A stretch of 64,000 nt of DNA from Bacteriovoracia bacterium (lineage in GTDB: Bacteria; Bdellovibrionota; UBA1018; JBFWNL01): assembly GCA_050251055.1 (NCBI GenBank), contig JBFWNL010000012.1:1-64000 (forward strand), read 5' to 3'. Of this stretch, positions 18,608 to 27,739 are shown in pieces. The number at the start of each line of letters is the position of its first letter. Within the stretch, counting starts at the first letter, position 1. The notes under the pieces were generated by a model. The model was not told the DNA's origin. It did no database searches and was given only the letters and a program-made list of their open reading frames with translations. Made by a program: the position numbers and the translations under genes.

Positions 18608-19202
18608 GCGCAAACGCCGGCGACACGAGCTGCCGGCCGCCGAAATCAGCGTCGTCTCGCTCATGGACGTGCTGACCACGCTCTTGTTCTTCCTGCTGAT
18701 GATGAGCGGCAAGGACAATTTCTTCGTGGTGCCCGCGGCCTCGAATCCGCCCGGAAAGACGGTCGAGGACACGAAGCCGAAGTTCGCGTTGCAGGTGATC
18801 TTAAAGGATTCCCGTACCGCTTACGTTTGGCTGGGCCCCTACGGTGGCCTGCGCGTTCACGAAGAAGGCACGTTCACGGCCTGGGTATCTCAGCATTTCA
18901 AGGGAAATCCTGAAGACGGCTTCTATCGGAAAATCGAAGCGACGGGTGCCGAAGAGCTGAGATCCTCCATACAGGATACTCTCATTACGATTAAGCAAAG
19001 CTTTCCGGAGGAGAAAAACGCGGTAGCCGCCTTTTCGGACAAAGTCCCCTACCAAGAGGTCGTTGACATCGTAAACGCGGTACGGGAGCTCCCCAACGCC
19101 AGGGCGCTCGCCGTGAAACGGCCCGTAGGTGGCAAGACCGTGTCTACCGTACTCTTCCCACAGGTCGTGGTCTCGGAATGGAATGAGGGGGGAGCCTCGT
19201 GA
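18597..19202 (+). CDS. aglQ: ExbD/TolR family protein, AglQ-like
   Basis: TM with the conserved Asp (SLMDVLTTLLFFL), 'VPYQEVVDIVNAVR', terminal 'LFPQVV'. Confidence 0.7.
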   Translation: MQPKRKRRRHELPAAEISVVSLMDVLTTLLFFLLMMSGKDNFFVVPAASNPPGKTVEDTKPKFALQVILKDSRTAYVWLGPYGGLRVHEEGTFTAWVSQHFKGNPEDGFYRKIEATGAEELRSSIQDTLITIKQSFPEEKNAVAAFSDKVPYQEVVDIVNAVRELPNARALAVKRPVGGKTVSTVLFPQVVVSEWNEGGAS

Positions 19203-19699
19203 AGCACCGCCGCAAACGTCACATCGAAGGGGATCTGAACATCAACGCCCTCATGGACGTCTTGACCGTGCTTTTGTTTTTCTTGATCCAAAGCTACACC
19301 GTCAGCACGACGGCGATCACACCGCCGAAAGGCATGCGGCTTCCCGCGTCCACGAGTATGACCAAGATCGAGGAAAGCGTATCGGTTTCGCTCAGCGCAA
19401 CCGAGCTGCGAGCGAACAATCAGCTGCTGCTCAAGCTCCACCGCGGCCAGCTCTCTCCGATTGATTTAGGCGAGGATCAGCGCACGATCACCGTCTTAAA
19501 GAGCTTCCTAGAAAAAGAGTACCGAAAGAAGAACCAGATTTACGAAGGCGCCGGCGATCTTTCCTTCCTTCCGGCCGCGAGCGTGCTCGTGCAGGCCGAT
19601 AAGGACCTTCCTTTCGCGCTCGTTAAGCACGTACTCAACACGGTCGCCACCGTCGGCTACAAGGACTACCAATTCGTGGTCCAAAACGACAAAAAGTAA
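19199..19699 (+). CDS. aglS: ExbD/TolR family protein, AglS-like
   Basis: 'LNINALMDVLTVLLFFLI', 'LPAS', 'VQADKDLPFALVKHVLNT...GY'. Confidence 0.75.
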   Translation: MKHRRKRHIEGDLNINALMDVLTVLLFFLIQSYTVSTTAITPPKGMRLPASTSMTKIEESVSVSLSATELRANNQLLLKLHRGQLSPIDLGEDQRTITVLKSFLEKEYRKKNQIYEGAGDLSFLPAASVLVQADKDLPFALVKHVLNTVATVGYKDYQFVVQNDKK

Positions 19700-19816
19700 T
19701 TCCTCCCAATCTGTTTAAAAGCGCGACAAAACCGCCAAAAAACGTCACTCAAGCGAGGTGTGTCTAGCGGTACACCCCGGAAGCTTTGGTTTTATTGTCC
19801 GCCTCGATTCCTCTGT

Positions 19817-19843
19817 CATTATTTTAACTGACTTCGCCGATAA
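19817..19843 (+). promoter_or_regulatory. Possible sigma28-type promoter for the lipoprotein cluster
   Basis: Perfect -10 GCCGATAA at 19836-19843. The -35 match is poor (CATT). Confidence 0.35.
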
Positions 19844-20025
19844 GACTTCTGAATGAGAGGGTTTTGTCCGTGAAGCTGACTTCAAAAATCACGCACGCGT
19901 TAGACAACGCACGAACGCGCGGCGACCAGCATCTAGCCACCCCGATTCTTCAGAATCGGCGTATGGAAGTTGCAACTCGCTATGATGTTGGTCCGCGGTA
20001 CGTACGTTTCGGGAGTAAGGCATTC

Positions 20026-21078
20026 ATGCAAAAGAGTTTGTTCCGTTCTCGGGGAAAAAAGATCCGATCTACTCACGCGTATGCGCACGCGTGCGCGCTG
20101 GCCGTGCTGGGACTGCTGGGCAGCGGGTGCTTGACGCCAGGACAAGACGCCATCAAGCGCGCGGCGAGCAATCCCCAGAGCGCGACCGTAGCGCCGGCGA
20201 TTCCCGAAGGCGCGAAGGCCGTCAAGATCATCTTCCGGCAGGCCTCGCCCACCGGAAGCTTCAACGCGCCGATCACGGGCGGCACGGTCAACGCGGTGGG
20301 ATCCGGCCTACCGGCGGTGCGTGTGTTCAACGCGAATGGTACCCTTCTCTCCGACGACTCCAACGCCACGACGTGGCCGAAGTGGTTAGGTCGCGTCGAG
20401 ATCGGCATCAGCGGCAACAACAACCTTGCCGCGACGAATCCCGACTGCGTGCGCTTCGCTTCCACGCTCGATGAAATCGCAGTTTGTGACTTCGACCAAA
20501 ACGCCGGCACGGCCGGCAAGCTCTGTGGCGCTTCCGCCGGTCTCCTGCGTGTCAGCGAAGTGAACTGCGTGGCGCCCGGCAGCAGCATTACCAACGGCAT
20601 CGGCGGCCCTTCCGATGGCGTTTACATTCGCGCCGAATTCAACCGCAACGCGAAGTATCTGGGCGAGCAGGAAAACATCTTGGCCGTGTTGGAATACTCC
20701 TCGTCGGTGCTCCATCCCGCGCCGTCCGATCCCACGAAGTGCTTCACGAACGGTGTATTCGACCCTACCAACCCGCTTTGCTCGGACATGAGCTGGCAAA
20801 TATTCATGAAACACACCGCCGCCGAAATCGTGCAGCCCTTCCTGCTGCTCGTGCCGCCGGCCTTCCATTCGGTCGACACCGCGAACAATCGCGCGGGCGC
20901 CGGGGTGGGCACCAAGCAATTTATCATTCCGCTCGCGTCCGACGCCGGACTGCAAGTCATGCAGATCAGCCGTATCCGGGCCATGGCTTCGACGGCCGAG
21001 CTGACCACGGTTTGTTCCGATAATTCCGCATTTTGCATGGGGATGGTTTTTCATTCGCTGACTTTTTTTAGAATATGA
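20026..21078 (+). CDS. Cys-rich lipoprotein of unknown function (LpA)
   Basis: Lipobox LLGSG-C and multiple Cys. Start chosen at ATG 20026. The stop overlaps the next start (ATGA). Confidence 0.7.
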   Translation: MQKSLFRSRGKKIRSTHAYAHACALAVLGLLGSGCLTPGQDAIKRAASNPQSATVAPAIPEGAKAVKIIFRQASPTGSFNAPITGGTVNAVGSGLPAVRVFNANGTLLSDDSNATTWPKWLGRVEIGISGNNNLAATNPDCVRFASTLDEIAVCDFDQNAGTAGKLCGASAGLLRVSEVNCVAPGSSITNGIGGPSDGVYIRAEFNRNAKYLGEQENILAVLEYSSSVLHPAPSDPTKCFTNGVFDPTNPLCSDMSWQIFMKHTAAEIVQPFLLLVPPAFHSVDTANNRAGAGVGTKQFIIPLASDAGLQVMQISRIRAMASTAELTTVCSDNSAFCMGMVFHSLTFFRI

Positions 21079-24000
21079 GATTTACGGTTAGGGCGGCCGC
21101 CGGGGCGGCCATTTTTTTCCTATCTGCTTGCGCCGGGGACGTGATGAACCGGGGCTCGCAGGCGAAGTCCAAGCAAGGCCTCCAGGCCGAGCTCGCCGAC
21201 TCGCTTACCGCGGTGCGCATCCGCCTGCACCAGTCCGACTTTTATTCCCTGACCGATCCGAATATCTACAGCTGCGCCGGCGACGCCAAAACCTTTTACG
21301 ATCCGTTGCGCCTAAACGACCGGCAGATGCCGCTGCCCTTCGAGGAAAGTCTTTCGCTCGCGGGCGAAACCCTTCGTCCATCTTTCATCAAGAACGTCAG
21401 CGTTGATCTCACCGACGCCAATGCGCCTATCTCCACTAACCGCGCCTACGCGTGCTCCTTTGGCAATGCCCAAGGGGTTCCGCCCAACAGCAACTGCGCG
21501 GGCTTTGACTACGGCGCGGTAACGGGGGCAAGCGCGAACCTGGGCGGCAGCATCGTGCTCCTAGGGGGGCTCCAAAGCCCCAACTACGGGAATCTTCCCG
21601 ACGGACCGGCGCCCACCCTCAGCTGCGGAGCCATGATCCCGCCCAACCAGATCAACGGCAACCCCAACCAGCCCGGCGTAAACACCTGCTCGATGGAAAT
21701 GTACGCGCTTGGCGTAGAAACGATGCCCGCCTCGATCGCCACCGATCCGCCCAACGGCCTAGCGCCGGGGTTGACCAGCGCAAACGAGCCCATCTCCACC
21801 TGGGTACGGCTCTCGGCGCCCGAAGAATACATGGGACCCGCTGGCGCACTGGGGTCCGCGGCGAGCTTCAACGCCGGCACCAAGCAGCTTCTACTCTATG
21901 GGGGCTCAGCCCCGCTTACCTACGCGGGCGCGGCCGGCGCGGGCGCCGACCACGGCGATACCTGGATTTATGATCTAGCCAACTTACGTTGGGAAAAGCA
22001 GTCCGGCCCGGTGACGATTCCGGCGGACATCCAAAACGCGCGCGACTGCTCGGCGGGTTCGTGCGTGGACGTCGACAAAGGGCTAACCGCGCGTTCCCTC
22101 TTCGGCTACGCCGCCGTCGCGGGTATCGCGCTGAGCAAGCTTGATCCCACCGGCCCGATCGAAGCGCCCGGATTCCCCTTGCCCGCCGCCAATTTCGACA
22201 CCACCGACCGCGTCGTGGTGGCCGGCGGTTTCCTGGGGGTGGATGGAAACGGACAGAGCATTTTTATTCGCTCGACTCGAAGGTGGAACCCCACGTTCGG
22301 TCCCGAATATATTGATTTCGGCGGTGATCCCGCGCGCGTGAACGACGACATCACCCAGGGAATCGACAGCCACTTCTCCCAAGTGATCTCGACGGTGCAT
22401 CCCACGCTCGGCGGCCTGCTTCCCCAGACGGTTGGCCAAGGCGGACAGCTTGCCAATTTCGCCACGGCATTCGTGCGCAATTACAACGCAAACGCGGGTT
22501 ACCCGCTTCTCTTCGGCGGATACGACGGGTCCGTGCCCTACACGGCGACGAAGCTGGCGACCGACCCCACCTGTGCGAACGGCGGAGCCGGCTGTATAAA
22601 TGATGGCAAAGCGATCTTCATGCGGCGGAATGGCGTGCTGGAGACGATGCTACACAACGTGGCCACGCTGGCGCTCTATCCGTTCCGGAATGATTTACGC
22701 ACCGGCACTCCACCGCAAGGCTGGAACTACGGGGACCGCGTGAAGCCGATCGCGTGGCGCGCGGAACCCCTTGATCCGATCCCGGTCACCGTGCCTCCGC
22801 TTCCCGATCGTGGCGGGCTGGATCGCGTCGCGGCGGTCGTGGGTGGGGTGGCTACCCCGGGCCTAAGCTTGGCGCAAAACGATGTCGTTTACTTCGGCGG
22901 CGTGAACTGCGCCTCTTACTTGATCCAAAGCACGAACTGCCCAGGAAGCGCCGTGGCGCCGATTTGGAATAACGCTAACTTCTACTGGCGCTTGGGCGGA
23001 GGCACCTATTTTGAAACCTATCCAAACCCGCCCGCCCTGTCGGGCGCGAACGTTCAGGGAATGGCGCCGCAGAACCATGCCGGGATGGCCGCCGCGCGCG
23101 GGCTGGATGCGGCCGGAAACCCCATCGTCGTTGCCTGGGGCGGTATCAACGGCGCCCTAGGATCGGCCACCGATCCGGCCGTCTACCTCCTTTATAATGC
23201 CGGACCGGATCTGAATGCCGGCATCATTCCGACTTGGACCGCGAAAACGCCGGCGAATCCGCGCCCCACTCCCGCCATTAATGCGCAGATCGTATTCAGC
23301 CACGTCACCAAGAAATTCTATCTCTTCGGCGGTTACGAAACTACGCCCGTGCAACGCAACAGTGCGGACACCTGGGAGCTCAGCGTGAACGGAAGCTGCG
23401 CCACGGGCGCCTGTACCTTCAGCTGGCGTAAGCTAAACGTACCGGGCGGTCTCACCTGCGGCGCCGGCTGCGTGATGGCGGGTCCCGGTCCGCTGGCCCG
23501 CCGCTCCCACCGCATGGTGGAAGTGAACTACAATAACTACGACTCTCGCCTGGAATATCGCGGTGGGACCGAAAATACCTGCACCGCCACGGGCGGGGCC
23601 TCGCCGCGTGGGCCGTGCTCTTTCGGCATCTTCATGGAAGGCGGTTCGGTCGATGGATTCTCGTCCATCGGCGATCGCTGGATGTTCGATCCTACCGCCA
23701 ACGGCGGGCGCGGACACTGGCAGCTCATGAACAGCATGCCGCCCCGGCACGCTTCGGCCACCGCGTCGATCGACTACTACCTGCCCGACCAAGACGAGGT
23801 GGCTCACCGTACCGTCATGTTCGGGGGAGAAACCGGACTGCATAGCCCCGGCCAGGTGGCGATGGGAAGCACCTTCGTGCCGCCTACGCTAGGCGACACT
23901 TTGATGTACAACCACACCACGGAATCCTGGACGCGCGTGCGCCTACTGGGGGAAGGCATCCAAGGTTACAACCAGCCCCGTGCGCTCAGCGACAATCGCA

Positions 24001-25574
24001 CTGAAGATCGCCGACGAGTCTCGTTCCGGGCCGACGCCGCGGACACCAACATGGTTTTGCTGGGTGAGCTCACGCCTCCCCCCTTGGCCGGACATACCAT
24101 GGTGACGCGTACCTTTCCGGGCCCGACCTCCGGCGGCGCCACGGCCGTGGCGCCTTTGCGCATTCCCGAAGTTTATCTCTTTGGTGGACGCAAGAAAGAC
24201 GGGACTTATCTGGGACTCGATCACGTCTATAAATTTTGCGCCGGGTCCACCGGCGAGGACTACGCCACCTCCTATACTACGCCAGAGATCACCTATGGCG
24301 ACGGTAGCTGCGACGCGTACGACGAAACCAAGAACCCAGGTTCGTTTAGCCCGGTTCCGGAAGCCGTCGGACGCTGGCTGCGTCGGCGGCCCTCTTCCAT
24401 TGCGGGCGTCCCGAGCTATCGCGCTTACTACTTCGATAGTATTTCCCAAAGCTATCAGGTAACCGGCGACCTTCCGCTGGCGGGCTTAGCGAGCTATCTG
24501 GGAGCGTCGACCTACGACTCCTCGCACGACCGAACGCTTCTCTTCGGGGGGCTGATGCCCGCGCCGGGACGCACCCACGTGACCGAAGCACGCTCGATCC
24601 TGAGCGCCGACGGAATCAACACGTATATTTTCGAGTACGTCGCGCCCACGCGCTCACTCACTGCGATCTCGGCCCGTATGGCCGACGCGAGCGTGACCGA
24701 TCCGAACGGCTACATCCGCCGGCTGCACGGACACTGGGAAGCGCTGGGACAATGCGCGGGCAGTCCCCAGCCCACCCCCCGTTACGGCCACCAAATGGGC
24801 TACGATCAGTTGCACAAACAAGTCGTCGTGATCGGCGGATACAACCTCGTGGGCAGCTCGCTTACGCAAGATTGGATCGACGACGGCGTACCCACGTCCA
24901 CCCAAGTTCCGGAGATCTGGACCGCTAAACGCGACGACTTGAACAAGTGCTACACATGGAAAAAGCTGCAGACTTTCGGCAATGTGCTCGGTGGCCAGGC
25001 CGCGCCGGTGCCCGTGGGCGGGCTCGCGCACCCGGCTTCGTTCTTTATTCAGGGCACGAGCTATACCACCGGATTTTATACGATGAACGATCAGGCCTGC
25101 ATCGGCGCCGGCCCGCAGGCTTCGGGTGATCCCGATGTGAACCGCCTGCTTGCAGGCGGGGTTTACATAGATATCGACCGGCAAAAGCTCGGCAAGGCGG
25201 AAAACCTCCTGCTGAACCTCACGTTTTACCCTTTCTCGGATCGCAACCAAGCGCCCAGCGGACGGCTCTACGACCCGGGCGAGTCGGCTTACTTCCGCGT
25301 TCATCTGCAGAGCACGGGGCTCGCTTCGGCATTCATTCAGCAGGTTTTCCAACCGCGCTATTTGAGCTTCACCGACGACGAGGTCTACCCCCGTACCGTG
25401 CAAACGCTCTCGGTGGTGGCGCCGCCGACGGGATCCATCCGCCAAGAACAGATCGTGCTGCCAATCTCGGCCGATGCATCTATCGACCGCATCCGCATCG
25501 AGCGCTACTCCGGTTCGGCGATCTTGATCGACGCTTCGGTCTACCGACTGGGACAAAAGGGAGGTGAAAAGTGA
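21075..25574 (+). CDS. Giant Kelch-repeat lipoprotein (LpB)
   Basis: Lipobox FLSA-C and repeated Kelch signatures (LLLYGG...DTWIYDLANLRW; FYLFGGY...DTWEL; MFGGE...DTLMYN...W; PRYGHQMGYD...VVIGG). Confidence 0.8.
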   Translation: MRFTVRAAAGAAIFFLSACAGDVMNRGSQAKSKQGLQAELADSLTAVRIRLHQSDFYSLTDPNIYSCAGDAKTFYDPLRLNDRQMPLPFEESLSLAGETLRPSFIKNVSVDLTDANAPISTNRAYACSFGNAQGVPPNSNCAGFDYGAVTGASANLGGSIVLLGGLQSPNYGNLPDGPAPTLSCGAMIPPNQINGNPNQPGVNTCSMEMYALGVETMPASIATDPPNGLAPGLTSANEPISTWVRLSAPEEYMGPAGALGSAASFNAGTKQLLLYGGSAPLTYAGAAGAGADHGDTWIYDLANLRWEKQSGPVTIPADIQNARDCSAGSCVDVDKGLTARSLFGYAAVAGIALSKLDPTGPIEAPGFPLPAANFDTTDRVVVAGGFLGVDGNGQSIFIRSTRRWNPTFGPEYIDFGGDPARVNDDITQGIDSHFSQVISTVHPTLGGLLPQTVGQGGQLANFATAFVRNYNANAGYPLLFGGYDGSVPYTATKLATDPTCANGGAGCINDGKAIFMRRNGVLETMLHNVATLALYPFRNDLRTGTPPQGWNYGDRVKPIAWRAEPLDPIPVTVPPLPDRGGLDRVAAVVGGVATPGLSLAQNDVVYFGGVNCASYLIQSTNCPGSAVAPIWNNANFYWRLGGGTYFETYPNPPALSGANVQGMAPQNHAGMAAARGLDAAGNPIVVAWGGINGALGSATDPAVYLLYNAGPDLNAGIIPTWTAKTPANPRPTPAINAQIVFSHVTKKFYLFGGYETTPVQRNSADTWELSVNGSCATGACTFSWRKLNVPGGLTCGAGCVMAGPGPLARRSHRMVEVNYNNYDSRLEYRGGTENTCTATGGASPRGPCSFGIFMEGGSVDGFSSIGDRWMFDPTANGGRGHWQLMNSMPPRHASATASIDYYLPDQDEVAHRTVMFGGETGLHSPGQVAMGSTFVPPTLGDTLMYNHTTESWTRVRLLGEGIQGYNQPRALSDNRTEDRRRVSFRADAADTNMVLLGELTPPPLAGHTMVTRTFPGPTSGGATAVAPLRIPEVYLFGGRKKDGTYLGLDHVYKFCAGSTGEDYATSYTTPEITYGDGSCDAYDETKNPGSFSPVPEAVGRWLRRRPSSIAGVPSYRAYYFDSISQSYQVTGDLPLAGLASYLGASTYDSSHDRTLLFGGLMPAPGRTHVTEARSILSADGINTYIFEYVAPTRSLTAISARMADASVTDPNGYIRRLHGHWEALGQCAGSPQPTPRYGHQMGYDQLHKQVVVIGGYNLVGSSLTQDWIDDGVPTSTQVPEIWTAKRDDLNKCYTWKKLQTFGNVLGGQAAPVPVGGLAHPASFFIQGTSYTTGFYTMNDQACIGAGPQASGDPDVNRLLAGGVYIDIDRQKLGKAENLLLNLTFYPFSDRNQAPSGRLYDPGESAYFRVHLQSTGLASAFIQQVFQPRYLSFTDDEVYPRTVQTLSVVAPPTGSIRQEQIVLPISADASIDRIRIERYSGSAILIDASVYRLGQKGGEK

Positions 25575-25585
25575 CACACCTCCGG

Positions 25586-25620
25586 CGTCCAAGCTCTAAA
25601 CAGCGCCTAAACGCTAGACG
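25586..25620. promoter_or_regulatory. Tandem 17-bp imperfect palindromes (YGTCY-N7-RRACR)
   Basis: CGTCC-AAGCTCT-AAACA and CGCCT-AAACGCT-AGACG, 1 bp apart, in the gap before LpC. Confidence 0.35.
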
Positions 25621-25753
25621 GATTTCGACGGGTGCGGAGCCCCCCCGAATTTCGCTACCGCCGCGGATTCATGGGCTATTAACCGGAGCTGCGCGGATAT
25701 TGCATCCCTTAGGGTTATCGTTAGCATTTCACGGGGATATTAAATCGAACGTT

Positions 25754-27718
25754 ATGCCGAACTCTCGTTTCGCGCCGAAAACCACGCTCTCGTCCGCGAT
25801 TTTCTTCGCGTGCATCGCTGCGCTCGGCGTGGGCGCCCCCGGCTGCACCAATAACCGCATCATCGGCAAGGTGAAGCTCAACGGTAACTACTCCAACAAT
25901 TTCTCGGATCCGGGAAATGAAGCCACGGGCCCCGTTTCCATCTCGCGCGTGCTGAAGTCCAACTTCAGCCCCAGCACGGAGCTGGATGTCGTAGGCATCG
26001 GTGACGGCGCCATGGGCATGCATTGCCTGGGCGGCAGCGGCGCTTTTCAGGGCGCCGGCGAAGGCGCGAGTTCCTGTGCTTGCCACTACGAATATCAAAA
26101 TCCTGCTACGGGCTTGACCGAAAGCGTGGACGTCCCCACGTCTTACTACGAAGCCAATCTCATTCGCTGCCCATACGACGTACTCACCACTGGCGTAAAT
26201 AACATTAAAGTACGCGTGCACCTCGCGAGCGGATCTTACTCAAACCCCATCACCTTCGCGTTCGAAGGCGTCGGTACGTCTCTTGATCTTAGTCTCGCTT
26301 CGAGCTACGGCGAAGTGAAGCGCTTCCAATGCCGTGATCATGTAACCATCGATTTCATGTGGCCGCAAAGCACGACCGGGGGGACCCCTTCGGCGGCTAG
26401 TGATGCCACCGGCGATAACGCGCTATACGACCCGTTTCAATCCGATACCACGCGTGTGAGCTACGCGCGTAACTACTACGCTATCGATAAAGGCTCGGCC
26501 ATCAAGGCGTTCGGACTTGCCGGCGCCACGCGCGATTATATCGGGGCGCACGACTGTTCCTACGATAGCGGCCAAAACCCGCAAGCGTGGGAAAGTCTCA
26601 ATATTTACTCGCGCGAGCCGGACTCGACGGGCAGCCGGCTCATCTTCCCGGCTTCCGGCGGTGCCTTCGATCGCTCTACTTTCCACCTCGCGCGCAAGAA
26701 GAGCGGTATCTTTAACGTGCCGGTCAATGGCTTCATCGCCCCGGGCACCGTCACGGCCTCGCCCGATGCCTTCGGCAACCAACCCGCTGGCTTTGAACCG
26801 CCGATCGGTTGGGGCGTGCGCCCGGGCGCCAATCAGTCTTGCCCCGCCGCCAACGTCGCCATCCCGGAAGGTTACCACTGGGTGAAAGTCTGGGCGTTTC
26901 GCGCGGGCCTTTACTCGCGCACGTACGTTCGCGGCTCACAATCGGTCAGCTCGACCTTCGGCATCTTTTGCAACCCGGGACTGTTTGATACGCCGCCGGC
27001 GCAACCGAACGGAGTGTTTCAGCCGTTTCCCGATTGCGCCAATCCGAACGGCCCTAACCCACAAACTCAAACCACCCAATTTCCGCTGACGGATACCTTC
27101 GGCGCGGGCAACCTGGCCGCCCGCGCGTTTTTGAACGGCGGCAAGCAAGCGTGCTTCCGTACCGTGGCGTATGACAATCAAGCGAGCGTGCGCGGCGGCG
27201 GCAACCTTGATTTCGCAAGCCTGCCAAACCCGCCAGTGCCCAATCCAAATCCGAACGGGATCACGGGGGGCGACTCGCTCTACCGTCTGGGATCGAACGT
27301 CAACTCAAACTTTGTCGACATGGCCTCGCTTCCGTGGAACTTCACCCAAAGCTTCCTCCAAACGGTTCCCGCCGCCGGCCCCGAGGCTATCCAGGCTCCC
27401 ATCGACGACATCAATAAGTTCATCTACGGAAACCTCGACGGCGGCGGCGCCGGCGTTTCCCGCTATGACTTCCTCTTCGTGACCACGCCCACCAACATCA
27501 CCGTCGAGATGATGGGGAACGGCGTAAACGGCGATCCGGACGCGCTCCCGTACGTCCCCTTCACCTTCAAGCGGCGGGAAGACTGCAGCGATCCGAATCC
27601 AACGAACTGCTATAATTTTGACGCCCGCAACATCGACTATGAGCTTTACCGCGGGGAAATCCCCAACGACGGAGGCCTGCAGAACACCTTCCCGCTCTGC
27701 GCGCTGCAGCCGGATTAA
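25754..27718 (+). CDS. Cys-rich lipoprotein of unknown function (LpC)
   Basis: Signal ending GAPG-C, CxC motif, many Cys, Asn/Pro-rich loops. Start at ATG 25754. Confidence 0.7.
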   Translation: MPNSRFAPKTTLSSAIFFACIAALGVGAPGCTNNRIIGKVKLNGNYSNNFSDPGNEATGPVSISRVLKSNFSPSTELDVVGIGDGAMGMHCLGGSGAFQGAGEGASSCACHYEYQNPATGLTESVDVPTSYYEANLIRCPYDVLTTGVNNIKVRVHLASGSYSNPITFAFEGVGTSLDLSLASSYGEVKRFQCRDHVTIDFMWPQSTTGGTPSAASDATGDNALYDPFQSDTTRVSYARNYYAIDKGSAIKAFGLAGATRDYIGAHDCSYDSGQNPQAWESLNIYSREPDSTGSRLIFPASGGAFDRSTFHLARKKSGIFNVPVNGFIAPGTVTASPDAFGNQPAGFEPPIGWGVRPGANQSCPAANVAIPEGYHWVKVWAFRAGLYSRTYVRGSQSVSSTFGIFCNPGLFDTPPAQPNGVFQPFPDCANPNGPNPQTQTTQFPLTDTFGAGNLAARAFLNGGKQACFRTVAYDNQASVRGGGNLDFASLPNPPVPNPNPNGITGGDSLYRLGSNVNSNFVDMASLPWNFTQSFLQTVPAAGPEAIQAPIDDINKFIYGNLDGGGAGVSRYDFLFVTTPTNITVEMMGNGVNGDPDALPYVPFTFKRREDCSDPNPTNCYNFDARNIDYELYRGEIPNDGGLQNTFPLCALQPD

Positions 27719-27739
27719 TAGGAGACCGATAAGAATCTT

